Below, one piece after another: positions 1 to 8,678 of a DNA stretch of 64,000 nt. Below the pieces are notes generated by a model. The model saw nothing but the letters and a program-made list of their open reading frames with translations, was not told the origin of the DNA and searched no databases. Each line of letters opens with the position of its first letter. Position 1 is the first letter of the stretch. Source of the stretch: an uncultured Pseudomonadota bacterium (GTDB taxonomy: Bacteria; Babelota; Babeliae; Babelales; RVW-14); contig CAYUQI010000005.1 in NCBI GenBank assembly GCA_964446935.1, positions 757-64,756 of the forward strand. The letters run 5' to 3'. A program made the translations under genes and the position numbers.

Positions 1-98
1 ATTTTATTATCGTTTTCAATTATCTTTGTCATAGCGGTTGCTGAAAATACAGAGATGCATAGCGCAACAAGTGTGCCACATATAATTTTGCCGTTCAT
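1..98 (-). CDS. hypothetical protein, 5' end only (continues past window start)
   Basis: ATG at 98..96 overlaps the mreC stop (ATGA). Reads MNGKIICGTLVALCISVFSATAMTKIIENDNKI with a hydrophobic N-terminus. The position downstream of mreC would fit mreD or a PBP2-type gene, but too little sequence is visible. Confidence 0.35.
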   Translation of the reverse strand, partial: MNGKIICGTLVALCISVFSATAMTKIIENDNK

Positions 99-934
99 GC
101 TTCTTTCCTTTCCGCAGGTTCTTTCATGGCTGGATGTTTAAGTAATAGGCAGTAGGTGATTGCTTCCACATTAATAAGAGGTTTGATTTCAATGTAATGA
201 TACAATGTTTTTTCTTTAAGCGCGTGAAAGGCTATCTTACCAATACAAAACCCTTCTGGGAAGACAAGTCCTTGTCCACTGGAGAGTACGAGATCGTCAT
301 CCTTGACTGAACAGAGGTGGGAGACGTAACTGAGTGTGCAGTGATCAATGCAATTACAGCCTTGCACAATGCCAGTTGCTTGCGTTGAGCCTGTGTATGC
401 TGCAACTTTGCAGTGTTGGTCAGTGATGAGGGTGATTTTGCTGTACCATGGATAGACCTCGCAGACGCGACCAACTAAGTGATTTTGATAGAGGGCGATC
501 ATGTTTTTAACAACCCCATCACTTAGCCCACGATTGACAAGGAGATAGTGTTGATCTGATGCAATGTGCTTGATGAGTACTTTGGCAATAAGCGCCGTGT
601 TAAGGTTGTATCGTTGTTGGAACTCGGCCAGTTCTTTTAGGGCCGCATAATGCTGGCTGGTAGCACGAAGTTTTATGACTTCATCAAGCAGATCATCATT
701 TTGTTGCTGCATTTTAGTATATTTTTCATGTAATTGGTTGTATGACTCCTTGCCGTTTGCGATAGATGTAGCAAACGACGTGATGGTTTGTGCTGTCCAA
801 GTAAAGGGATAGAGAAGGCGAGATGCCAAACGATCCCAGAAATCGACGGTGGGATACAATGCACGATGCACAATGAAGAGCAGAAGATAAATAATTGCAA
901 TCAAGCTTAACAATTTTTTGAATAAGGGATGCAT
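95..934 (-). CDS. mreC: rod shape-determining protein MreC
   Basis: 279 aa with an N-terminal TM helix, then a coiled-coil (NQLHEKYTKMQQQNDDLLDEVIKLR). MreC-type beta domains follow, with HLVGRVCEV and a C-terminal LSSGQGLVFPEGFCIGKI motif. Confidence 0.75.
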   Translation of the reverse strand: MHPLFKKLLSLIAIIYLLLFIVHRALYPTVDFWDRLASRLLYPFTWTAQTITSFATSIANGKESYNQLHEKYTKMQQQNDDLLDEVIKLRATSQHYAALKELAEFQQRYNLNTALIAKVLIKHIASDQHYLLVNRGLSDGVVKNMIALYQNHLVGRVCEVYPWYSKITLITDQHCKVAAYTGSTQATGIVQGCNCIDHCTLSYVSHLCSVKDDDLVLSSGQGLVFPEGFCIGKIAFHALKEKTLYHYIEIKPLINVEAITYCLLLKHPAMKEPAERKEA

Positions 935-1914
935 GATTGTTTAGTCTCCTCAACTAGAGAGAGAAGTATATCACGCATTTCTTGTTCTGTCTTGCTCCTG
1001 AGTAAGGTACTGCGGAGTGCAGAAGCATGCGGTAGTGAACGAATGTATTGAGGTAATTGCTTTTTGAGTGCATTGAATCCATGTGGGCCATAATGCTGGA
1101 TATTCAGATCCAGATGTTTGATGGCGTAGGTAATTGCCGTCAGTGTATCAACGCTCCACGTTGAGCCCTGGGAGGCTTCAGTTATTTCTCGCAGTTTCCA
1201 TGGAGCGCCCCAGAGTGCTCGACCAATCATAAAGCCATCAACACCGGTAAGTTCATACGTTTTGTGTGCTGCTTGAAATGAATTGATATTGCCAGAAAAA
1301 ACAACCGGAATAGTGAGCGATTTCTTGATAGATGCTACAAGATCAAAATCAAGCCGTGACGCAAAACGTTCTGGTTGTGTACGCGGGTGAATGATAATGC
1401 CGTCAACACCGTTATCTTGCGCCATCTGAGCAACAGACAATGCATTTTTTTCCTTAAATCCGGCACGGATTTTAAGGGTAAAAGGAACTCTTCCATTAAT
1501 TGCTTTGATGAAGCATTTGATGAGTTGTTCTAAATGAGCAACATTACCCATAAGGGACGATCCTGAACCTGATTTAATAACAACTGGCGCGGGACAGCCG
1601 GCATTGAGATTAATCATGATAAAGTTTCGAATTAGGACCTTCTCTATGGCTTGCTCAATGAAATCGATCTTGTTTGCTGAAAATTGGAAGGCAAGTGGTT
1701 GTTCGATAGGGTTGTAACGAAGCGATGCTTGATCTTTTTCGTGCACAACCTGTGCAACATGTCGCATTTCCGTGATCATGAGTTCATGAGGGCTGAACTC
1801 TCTGATAAGTTGACGGAATGGGGATGTTGTAAGTCCATCCATTGGTGCCGTCATGAAGCGTGGCACGGTGAGATTGCCGAAACTGATTGTTTGTGTCCAA
1901 AATTCTTTATTCAT
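907..1914 (-). CDS. tRNA-dihydrouridine synthase (Dus family)
   Basis: 335 aa with APMDGLTTSPFR near the N-terminus, NLNAGCPAPVV (catalytic Cys region) and IHPRT, consistent with a TIM-barrel Dus. The subfamily cannot be decided by eye. Confidence 0.85.
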   Translation of the reverse strand: MNKEFWTQTISFGNLTVPRFMTAPMDGLTTSPFRQLIREFSPHELMITEMRHVAQVVHEKDQASLRYNPIEQPLAFQFSANKIDFIEQAIEKVLIRNFIMINLNAGCPAPVVIKSGSGSSLMGNVAHLEQLIKCFIKAINGRVPFTLKIRAGFKEKNALSVAQMAQDNGVDGIIIHPRTQPERFASRLDFDLVASIKKSLTIPVVFSGNINSFQAAHKTYELTGVDGFMIGRALWGAPWKLREITEASQGSTWSVDTLTAITYAIKHLDLNIQHYGPHGFNALKKQLPQYIRSLPHASALRSTLLRSKTEQEMRDILLSLVEETKQSCIPYSKNC

Positions 1915-1978
1915 ATGGTTTTTAGTGTCTTTTGTATTAATTTTTATTTTTCTGCTTTTGCTATTTCCATTTTGTTAC

Positions 1979-2090
1979 CCTGAATTTATTTCAGGGTCCA
2001 TTTTAATATGATTGTAACGTGGATCCTAAAACGAGTTCAGGATGGCAATACCGATCATAATTACTTTGATCATGAAATAAATTCAGAATG
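1979..2090. repeat. dispersed palindromic intergenic repeat, copy 1
   Basis: Hairpin unit CCTGAA-TTTAT-TTCAGG at 1979-1995. Second unit GATCCTAAAACGAGTTCAGGATGGC at 2022-2046. An inverted third copy of TGAAATAAATTCAG lies at 2073-2086. The core aligns with 41993-42062 and with 63609-63634. Confidence 0.8.
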
Positions 2091-2105
2091 CTGAGCCGAA
2101 CTCAC

Positions 2106-3545
2106 TTACTCTTGAAACCCGGCAGGCGTCTTCGTGTGATAATCGGTGCTAACCTGAAACGCGTGAGCAACTTTATAAATCAACTGCTCGCTTAGGCGTG
2201 GTCCCAAAAACTGAAACCCGATTGGTAAATTGTTTTTAGAAAAACCACATGGCAGTGAAAGTGCTGGCGTTCCTATGATGCAATTGGAGACTGTAAAATA
2301 GTCTGCCCAGTACATTGCCACCGGATCATTGGCGAATTCCCCCAATTTGAACGGTAATATCGAGAGTGTTGGGCTCATTAAAAGATTAACATCTTTAAAG
2401 GCATTTTCAAATTCTGCCCGAATCATTGCCCTAATTTGCTGCGCTTTATGATAATAAGCGTCTTTATGACCGGAAGAAAGGACGTAATTTCCTAATAAAA
2501 TTCGTCTTTTTACCTCAGTTCCAAAGTTATCGTGTCGAGTAGCCAGATACATATCAAAAAGGTTTTTTGCTGAAGTGTTTCTGACTCCATAGAGCGAGCC
2601 GTCATAACGATAGAGGTTGGAAGCGGCTTCGGCGCGATTGATGATGAAATAGAGCGGAATTCCATATTTGAGGTTCGGTAGATCAATGATAGAAATAGTA
2701 GCACCAAGTTTTTTAAGGTGTGCAATGGTGGCTTGAAAAGCGGTGCGAACTTCTTCGTTGATACCATCGGCTTCAAGTGAATCTTTGATAACGCCAATTT
2801 TCAGATTGGCGGGAAGTGTTCCATCAAGCTCTTTGGTATAATCAGGTGCTTGGCTTTGGAGTGATGTGGTATCGTGGGGATCGGCACCAGCCAAGACGGA
2901 CAATACTAGTGCATTATCATAAACGGTGCGGGTTATAGGCCCGACTTGATCAGTTGATGATGTGAGTGCAACGATGCCATAACGAGAAACACGGCCATAG
3001 GTTGGATACATACCAACAAGGTTGCAAAAGGATGCGGGATTTCTCACCGAGCCGCCTGTTTCAGTTCCAAGAGTGAATGGAACAAGTCCAGCGGCTACGG
3101 CAGCCCCAGAGCCTGAGCAAGACCCGCCTGGAACATAATCAGTATTCCATGGATTTTTGGTTGGGCCATAGGCCGAAAATTCTCCAGAACTTCCCATGGC
3201 AAATTCGTCACAGTTGGCACGGCCAAGCGAAACGCCGCCAGCTTCTTTGAGGCGTGAGGTAACGGTAGCATCATAGGGAGCTTTATAGGTTGCGAGAATC
3301 TTGGAGGCTGCTGATGTAATGTGGCCTTTTTGGCAGATATTGTCTTTTAAAAGAAATGGTATGCCACCAAGGATTCCTTGGTTTGTCCCTGATTCTATAG
3401 GAGTATCAAATGTTTCAACGATGGCATTAAGCTTTGTATTATGTTTTTTTATACGATTGAAAAAAAACGTAAGAACCTCTTTGGTTGAAAGTTTCTTACG
3501 TTCAAGTTTTTCTTTAAGTTCTTTAATGGTAATGAAGGGATTCAT
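2106..3545 (-). CDS. gatA: Asp/Glu-tRNA amidotransferase subunit A
   Basis: 479 aa with the amidase signature region GGSCSGSGAAVAAG and GTETGGSVRNPASFC. It lies directly downstream of gatC. Confidence 0.95.
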   Translation of the reverse strand: MNPFITIKELKEKLERKKLSTKEVLTFFFNRIKKHNTKLNAIVETFDTPIESGTNQGILGGIPFLLKDNICQKGHITSAASKILATYKAPYDATVTSRLKEAGGVSLGRANCDEFAMGSSGEFSAYGPTKNPWNTDYVPGGSCSGSGAAVAAGLVPFTLGTETGGSVRNPASFCNLVGMYPTYGRVSRYGIVALTSSTDQVGPITRTVYDNALVLSVLAGADPHDTTSLQSQAPDYTKELDGTLPANLKIGVIKDSLEADGINEEVRTAFQATIAHLKKLGATISIIDLPNLKYGIPLYFIINRAEAASNLYRYDGSLYGVRNTSAKNLFDMYLATRHDNFGTEVKRRILLGNYVLSSGHKDAYYHKAQQIRAMIRAEFENAFKDVNLLMSPTLSILPFKLGEFANDPVAMYWADYFTVSNCIIGTPALSLPCGFSKNNLPIGFQFLGPRLSEQLIYKVAHAFQVSTDYHTKTPAGFQE

Positions 3546-3550
3546 GGGTT

Positions 3551-3835
3551 TTATTTCTCATCCAAAATTTTAGGAACCGCAAAATATTGACCATCGCGTT
3601 GTGGTGCTTGTGCAAGAACAGCAGCTGCATCTGCCTTGTGAACAATGTCATCTCTCAGGAGATTGACATTGCCAACGTGTGTAGGAATATCTGAAACTTT
3701 GATTTTTTGAAGTTGATCGACATAGGTGAGTATGGTTTGAATTTGTTGTACAAAAAAATCAATCTCTTTGTCTTCAAGTTTCAGAGCAGAGAGATTGGCA
3801 ATGTGAATGAGTTCTTGTTTATTAATTGTTGCCAT
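3551..3835 (-). CDS. gatC: Asp/Glu-tRNA amidotransferase subunit C
   Basis: 94 aa. The N-terminus IHIANLSALKLEDKEIDFFVQQIQTILTYVDQL is typical of GatC, and the gene sits 5 nt upstream of gatA. Confidence 0.85.
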   Translation of the reverse strand: MATINKQELIHIANLSALKLEDKEIDFFVQQIQTILTYVDQLQKIKVSDIPTHVGNVNLLRDDIVHKADAAAVLAQAPQRDGQYFAVPKILDEK

Positions 3836-3844
3836 AATTGCATC

Positions 3845-5239
3845 CTATAAATTATGTTTGCACCACTTGCGCGAAATGATGCGGTGCATGTAAAAAAGGC
3901 CCATAATACCGGTGGTTACATAAAAAGAGCCGTAGACAAGGATAAATCGAGTTGTGTCGCTGACAAATGTTATTTGGCTCAAGGCATAGGAGACCGGAAC
4001 AAAAAAGCAACCACAGGCCAATACTCGTCCAATCATAACGGCCTTAACATCTCCAGCCCCTCGCATTGCGGCAGCCAAAAAGACTTGGGTAAAGTCAAAA
4101 ATGACTAAAAGACTGATAACAGGTAGTACGGCTGCTGCAAAGTAGGTAAATTTGTTCAGTGGATCAAAGAAACTAACAAGGTAACGAGCATTTAAGCACA
4201 GGACTAGGAGCGCAGGGATAACTGTTACACAGGTTAAAAAATACATTTTTTTTACATTTGCCATGGTGCCATTTTCGTCACGTGCGCCCAGGTAGTTACT
4301 TACCAGGAAGGTAATGACACCGGCAGAGGCCATGACAGGTAAAAAAGCAAACCGTTCAAGGTTTTTGACAACATCATATGAAACAATGGCGTGTTTGCCC
4401 ATGGTGGCAAGCATCTTTGAGAGCCAAACATATGACATGGCTATGGCCGTTTTGTCGACGATAATTGGCCAGCTTAGGTTAAGAAGATGTGCAATCTTTG
4501 AGCCGTTAAAGCTCGTAATAAAGAGTTTGCTGAAGTATTTTTTGTAATCGGGGTTGGTAAGGATGTAAAAGAGTGCAATCGAAAGCATAAGGCTGTATTG
4601 AATAATGGTTGCCCACGCAGACCCCATGAGATTGAGTTGTGGAAATCCAAAGTTACCAAGGACAAGTGCATAATCAAAGAAGATAAACGTACTAATACCT
4701 ATGAGGTTGATCATCATAGGTATTTTAGTATTTTTAACGGCGCGCATAAAACCCATGAGGCCAAGGGTTATAAAAATTAAAAGGACTCCAAATGATTTGA
4801 GTTGTAGAAATGGCGCACCGGCTTGTACCATTTCTTCGGGAACTCCAAGCCAATGATAGATAGCTGAAGCGCCTAAAAAGATGAGTGCAAATTGCGTAAA
4901 TCCAATAAGAAAAGTTGTCCAAAAAGTATTTCCAAGGTCTTCTCCGCATTTGTTGTATTCTTGTGCACCATTATGTCGTCCAATAACGGCGATAGCTGCA
5001 ACAGGGATTGCTTCAGAAACCTTAATTAAGGTATGAAGGAAGTTGATGCCCATTCCCATAGCGCCATACATAGTTGTGGAGCCCAAACGTGTAATAATCC
5101 AGGCATCAACGATAGGCGGGAGGGTGATAAGGATTGTATTTGATATGAGTTCTGGTAGCCAATAATAAAGAACATTGCTGAATGATTCGCCTTTGTGTTT
5201 CGCATGCGTGATTCGTGCAAAAATACCATTCATAATCAA
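3845..5239 (-). CDS. MATE family efflux transporter
   Basis: 464 aa polytopic membrane protein with roughly 12 hydrophobic segments. MATE-like N-terminal layout (LPPIVDAWIITRLGSTTMYGAMGMG ... IGRHNGAQEY). Confidence 0.7.
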   Translation of the reverse strand: MIMNGIFARITHAKHKGESFSNVLYYWLPELISNTILITLPPIVDAWIITRLGSTTMYGAMGMGINFLHTLIKVSEAIPVAAIAVIGRHNGAQEYNKCGEDLGNTFWTTFLIGFTQFALIFLGASAIYHWLGVPEEMVQAGAPFLQLKSFGVLLIFITLGLMGFMRAVKNTKIPMMINLIGISTFIFFDYALVLGNFGFPQLNLMGSAWATIIQYSLMLSIALFYILTNPDYKKYFSKLFITSFNGSKIAHLLNLSWPIIVDKTAIAMSYVWLSKMLATMGKHAIVSYDVVKNLERFAFLPVMASAGVITFLVSNYLGARDENGTMANVKKMYFLTCVTVIPALLVLCLNARYLVSFFDPLNKFTYFAAAVLPVISLLVIFDFTQVFLAAAMRGAGDVKAVMIGRVLACGCFFVPVSYALSQITFVSDTTRFILVYGSFYVTTGIMGLFYMHRIISRKWCKHNL

Positions 5240-5360
5240 TCCTTACTGGAATATGCCAATTTCTTATTAAATGCCTATGTAAGGCCTTTTTACGTTGAAA
5301 GTAAAACTAAGACTTACATATTAGAAAAAAATGTAAAGAGAAAATAATAATGATAAAATC

Positions 5361-6905
5361 TTATATTCCAGGGAGCTCTTGATAACGAGCACAACAGGGT
5401 AATCCAACAGCTAAAAGCTTTGAGAGTGTTGCTGCAAGTTGTGGAATCCATACAAGCTTGTTGATTGTATGTGGTTTGAGTACTCCTGGTTGATATAAAG
5501 CGAGTGGGACATGGGTATCGTAATCATAAGGGGAGCGATGTGCGGTCCCATCAATATGTTTAGTAATAAAACAGTAGGGTTCTGGCATACAAATGAGGTC
5601 ACCGGAACGTGGAATGTAGAGCTGATTTTTGAAAAATATCTCAATATCGTTTGATCGGTAATGTTTTTTTGATAGTTCTTCCTTTGTCCATACGTTTTTA
5701 ATGCCTGGCTGGCTTAAAAGCAGATTCTTCAGGTCGTGTAAAATGTTCTTCCTTTGATCTGCTGGTATTGCTGCTGTATTCAAAAAGAACTGATTTGTTT
5801 TGAACGCTCGAACGATTTTTTCAATACCATATTTCTCGTGAATACATTTATTCATAGCTTTAATGAGTGGTTTGGATAGAATTCTTCGAGCCAGGGTAAA
5901 TCCTTGTTTTTCAAGATCCTCTGGTATAGGGGCAACGCCATGATCGGCGGTAAAGGCAAAGAGAGTGTTGTGTTTACCAGCTTTGCGATGGCAGAACCGT
6001 ATAAAATCACCAATTTGCGTATCCAACTTTAAAATCATTTCTTTCATGCGAGGATCATGCGGGCCGTATTCATGTCCAATCATATCTAAACTTGAAAGCG
6101 AAACCCAGAGTAGAAACAATCCATTACGGTGGGGTTTAAAATTAGCATTGATACATTGTTTTGCTAGATCAAGAAGCATCTGATTGGCCTGTGGGGTGCG
6201 CAAGAACAATAAACAATTTTTATCTTCATCCAACTCGTCATCGTCATTTTTCTGATACCGCTGATATTGTTTGTCAAGATCCATTGTCTTAATACCTGCA
6301 TTAAACTTTTGAACCCATAATGGAAGTTGATCAAAGTATCGTTTGCTTGATGTGAATGAGATAAGATCATTATCAAACCACAGTGCATGGCCAAGTTTAC
6401 CAGCCATTGCCATAGCAGCGCGTGCTTTGTGGGAAAGTGAGTAAACATTATGTGGCTGCTGTGGATTCGATGTTCGCATGATAACATCAGAAATAGTATC
6501 AACGAGTAATAGTTTGGTTGATTTGCCATCCAATGAATCATCGCCGAGGACGGCAGCCGAAGGGCTTGGGTCAGTACCGAATTTAGTTTTGCTTCCTTGT
6601 CGATCAATCCATCCATTGAGGATAACTCCGTGATCTTTGGCTACTGTGCCGGTACTCATTGTGGCGTGTCCAACGGCGGTCGTTGGTGATCCATGAGGAT
6701 GTCTGGCATTTGTATAAAAAACGCCTTTATGACAGAGCGTTTTTATGCCGTCTTTAAAGTGTGATTCTAGCCGTACAATATGATGATATGCACATTGATC
6801 AATAACAATGACAACAGCAAGAGATGGTGGATGTTTTTTGGATGCTGCATTAAGTACGGGAGTAAATAAGAGCAGTAGTAGTAACCATCGAATGCGAGGG
6901 ATCAT
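5361..6905 (-). CDS. secreted nucleotide pyrophosphatase/phosphodiesterase-like enzyme (alkaline phosphatase superfamily), paralogue B
   Basis: Start moved to the internal ATG at 6905 (MIPRIRWLLLLLLFTPVLNA signal peptide), which overlaps the upstream stop as ATGA. Motifs: VVIVIDQ, GSPTTAVGHATMSTG (nucleophile Thr region), LDMIGHEYGP, TADHG. Confidence 0.8.
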   Translation of the reverse strand: MIPRIRWLLLLLLFTPVLNAASKKHPPSLAVVIVIDQCAYHHIVRLESHFKDGIKTLCHKGVFYTNARHPHGSPTTAVGHATMSTGTVAKDHGVILNGWIDRQGSKTKFGTDPSPSAAVLGDDSLDGKSTKLLLVDTISDVIMRTSNPQQPHNVYSLSHKARAAMAMAGKLGHALWFDNDLISFTSSKRYFDQLPLWVQKFNAGIKTMDLDKQYQRYQKNDDDELDEDKNCLLFLRTPQANQMLLDLAKQCINANFKPHRNGLFLLWVSLSSLDMIGHEYGPHDPRMKEMILKLDTQIGDFIRFCHRKAGKHNTLFAFTADHGVAPIPEDLEKQGFTLARRILSKPLIKAMNKCIHEKYGIEKIVRAFKTNQFFLNTAAIPADQRKNILHDLKNLLLSQPGIKNVWTKEELSKKHYRSNDIEIFFKNQLYIPRSGDLICMPEPYCFITKHIDGTAHRSPYDYDTHVPLALYQPGVLKPHTINKLVWIPQLAATLSKLLAVGLPCCARYQELPGI

Positions 6906-8581
6906 AAAGTACCCTTGAGGCCTGGAAGGTCTTTGTAAATAGATGCGGATGGACGATTGATATTCAAAATAGTTGCCAAGGTGATTGGTAATTGGGCCGC
7001 CCATACCTTGTGTGTGACAACCATTTTGCCGAATCGTCCTTTTTGATAAAGGGCAATAGGAACGTGTGTGTCATAGTCGTAAGGACTTAAATGTGATGTG
7101 CCAGTTGGATAATTGGTAAGTAAACAGTACGGTTCAGGCATACAGATAAGGTCTCCGCTGCGGTTGTTATAGAGCTGATTTTTGTAGAAATTTTCAAGTT
7201 GATCATTTGCAAATGTTAAGTTGTGCAGTTCTTGTGTTGTCCAGACGCGTTTGATTCCTTTTTGTTTGAGTAAATAATTTTTAATGTCGGTGATGATAGC
7301 TTTGTAAACACTGGTATCGAGTGTTGCTATTGCTTCTTTATTAAATATAAAAAAAGTTGGCTCAAAAGCTTTGATAAATTCATCAACAGCGTAGTTTTTT
7401 TTGATCATGGTATTGATGTGTTCGATCAGTGGTTTGGCCATAATACGTTGTGCCATGGTAAAACCACGCTTATGCATAAGTTCTGGTATTGGACAAATAC
7501 CGTGATCAGCCGCTAGAACAAAAAGACAATTTTTTGCCCCAACGCGACGTTTAGCAAAACCCATGAGATCACTCATTTGTTTATCGATATGATAGAGTGT
7601 GTCAATGGCCTCCATAGAATCAGGGCCGAAGAAGTGTGTTACGAGGTCTAAATTACTAAAACTTACCCATAGTAACAATTTGTCTGATGCTTTGGTAAAA
7701 CTGTTGTTGATGCATACTTTGGCTAATTCAACCAATGTTTTACTTGATTGTGGTGTTTTTACAAACATTTCAAAAGGGGCTTTTGCTGTTTTATCAATAG
7801 GTAACGATGGTGAGGATATAAAACTGTATGAGTATCCTGCGTAATCGTAATTTTTTATATCTTGAAAACGATAGGCAGCATCGTGAAGAGGATATGCTGT
7901 TTTCCATGCGAACTGAGAGCGCTTGGCCATTGCGAGATCTTTATTGAATTCGACAAGCCATGAGGGTAATTGTTCAAAGTATTTTTTACTTGAAGTAAAG
8001 TTGCCTGATACTGTATCAAACCAAATGGCTTTGCCAAGACGTTGGGCACAGGCTATTGCAGGGTGGGCTTTGAGTGAAATTGAGAATGCCTTGTTGTGGG
8101 ATTTGGGCGAGCTTGCTAGAACAAATTGGTCTGATAGTCCATCAACTCGAGTGTTTTCACACGACTTGCCCATGATTTGGGGTGGCTGTTGATAAAAGAC
8201 TTCTGCTTGTTGGGATGGATCATCAACATAGTGAATTTTATTATATTTTTTGTCGAACCATTCATTGAGAACAGCCCCATGATCCTTTGGGAGTGTTCCT
8301 GTACTCAAAGCATGATGCCCTGGCGTTGTTTCTGGAATAGCATGTTGATGAAAGGCATTAGTGTAAAAAATTCCTTTATCAAGGAACTTTTTCAGTCCAT
8401 ACTGAAAATAGGGGCGCAGCTTGGGAATGTAATGATAGGCGAATTGATCGATAATACAGACGACGACAAGTTTGGGCTGACGATGTTTTGAATCTTTTGA
8501 CTGAAGTGATGGTACGTATAGGATGCTGCTTATATATGCAATACCTATAGCAGTCAATAATGACATGCGTTTTTTGATCAT
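6902..8581 (-). CDS. secreted nucleotide pyrophosphatase/phosphodiesterase-like enzyme (alkaline phosphatase superfamily), paralogue A
   Basis: 559 aa with a signal peptide. Motifs: VVCIIDQ, IPETTPGHHALSTG, LDLVTHFFGP, AADHG. The C-terminal SGDLICMPEPYC...SPYDYDTHVP is shared almost verbatim with paralogue B. Confidence 0.8.
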   Translation of the reverse strand: MIKKRMSLLTAIGIAYISSILYVPSLQSKDSKHRQPKLVVVCIIDQFAYHYIPKLRPYFQYGLKKFLDKGIFYTNAFHQHAIPETTPGHHALSTGTLPKDHGAVLNEWFDKKYNKIHYVDDPSQQAEVFYQQPPQIMGKSCENTRVDGLSDQFVLASSPKSHNKAFSISLKAHPAIACAQRLGKAIWFDTVSGNFTSSKKYFEQLPSWLVEFNKDLAMAKRSQFAWKTAYPLHDAAYRFQDIKNYDYAGYSYSFISSPSLPIDKTAKAPFEMFVKTPQSSKTLVELAKVCINNSFTKASDKLLLWVSFSNLDLVTHFFGPDSMEAIDTLYHIDKQMSDLMGFAKRRVGAKNCLFVLAADHGICPIPELMHKRGFTMAQRIMAKPLIEHINTMIKKNYAVDEFIKAFEPTFFIFNKEAIATLDTSVYKAIITDIKNYLLKQKGIKRVWTTQELHNLTFANDQLENFYKNQLYNNRSGDLICMPEPYCLLTNYPTGTSHLSPYDYDTHVPIALYQKGRFGKMVVTHKVWAAQLPITLATILNINRPSASIYKDLPGLKGTL

Positions 8582-8678
8582 GGCCTCTCCTTACTTTGAT
8601 GACCCTTTCCATTTTTTGAATTATTGATCTAACATTAACGCTGATGATAAAGAATTACAAGAATATGGGAGTTTTGTC

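Noticed and set aside
1684-1983. 99-aa plus-strand ORF overlapping the dus 5' end
   Set aside because: It is antisense to a strongly supported Dus CDS and runs into the repeat element.
6164-6616. 150-aa ORF inside the NPP paralogue, same strand, different frame
   Set aside because: It is an alternate-frame ORF wholly inside a well-supported CDS, with no independent signal.
6906-7004. 33-codon N-terminal extension of the downstream NPP paralogue in the ORF track (start at 7004)
   Set aside because: It would overlap the upstream gene by about 100 nt. The internal ATG at 6905 gives a textbook signal peptide and an ATGA stop/start overlap, so the shorter model is preferred.
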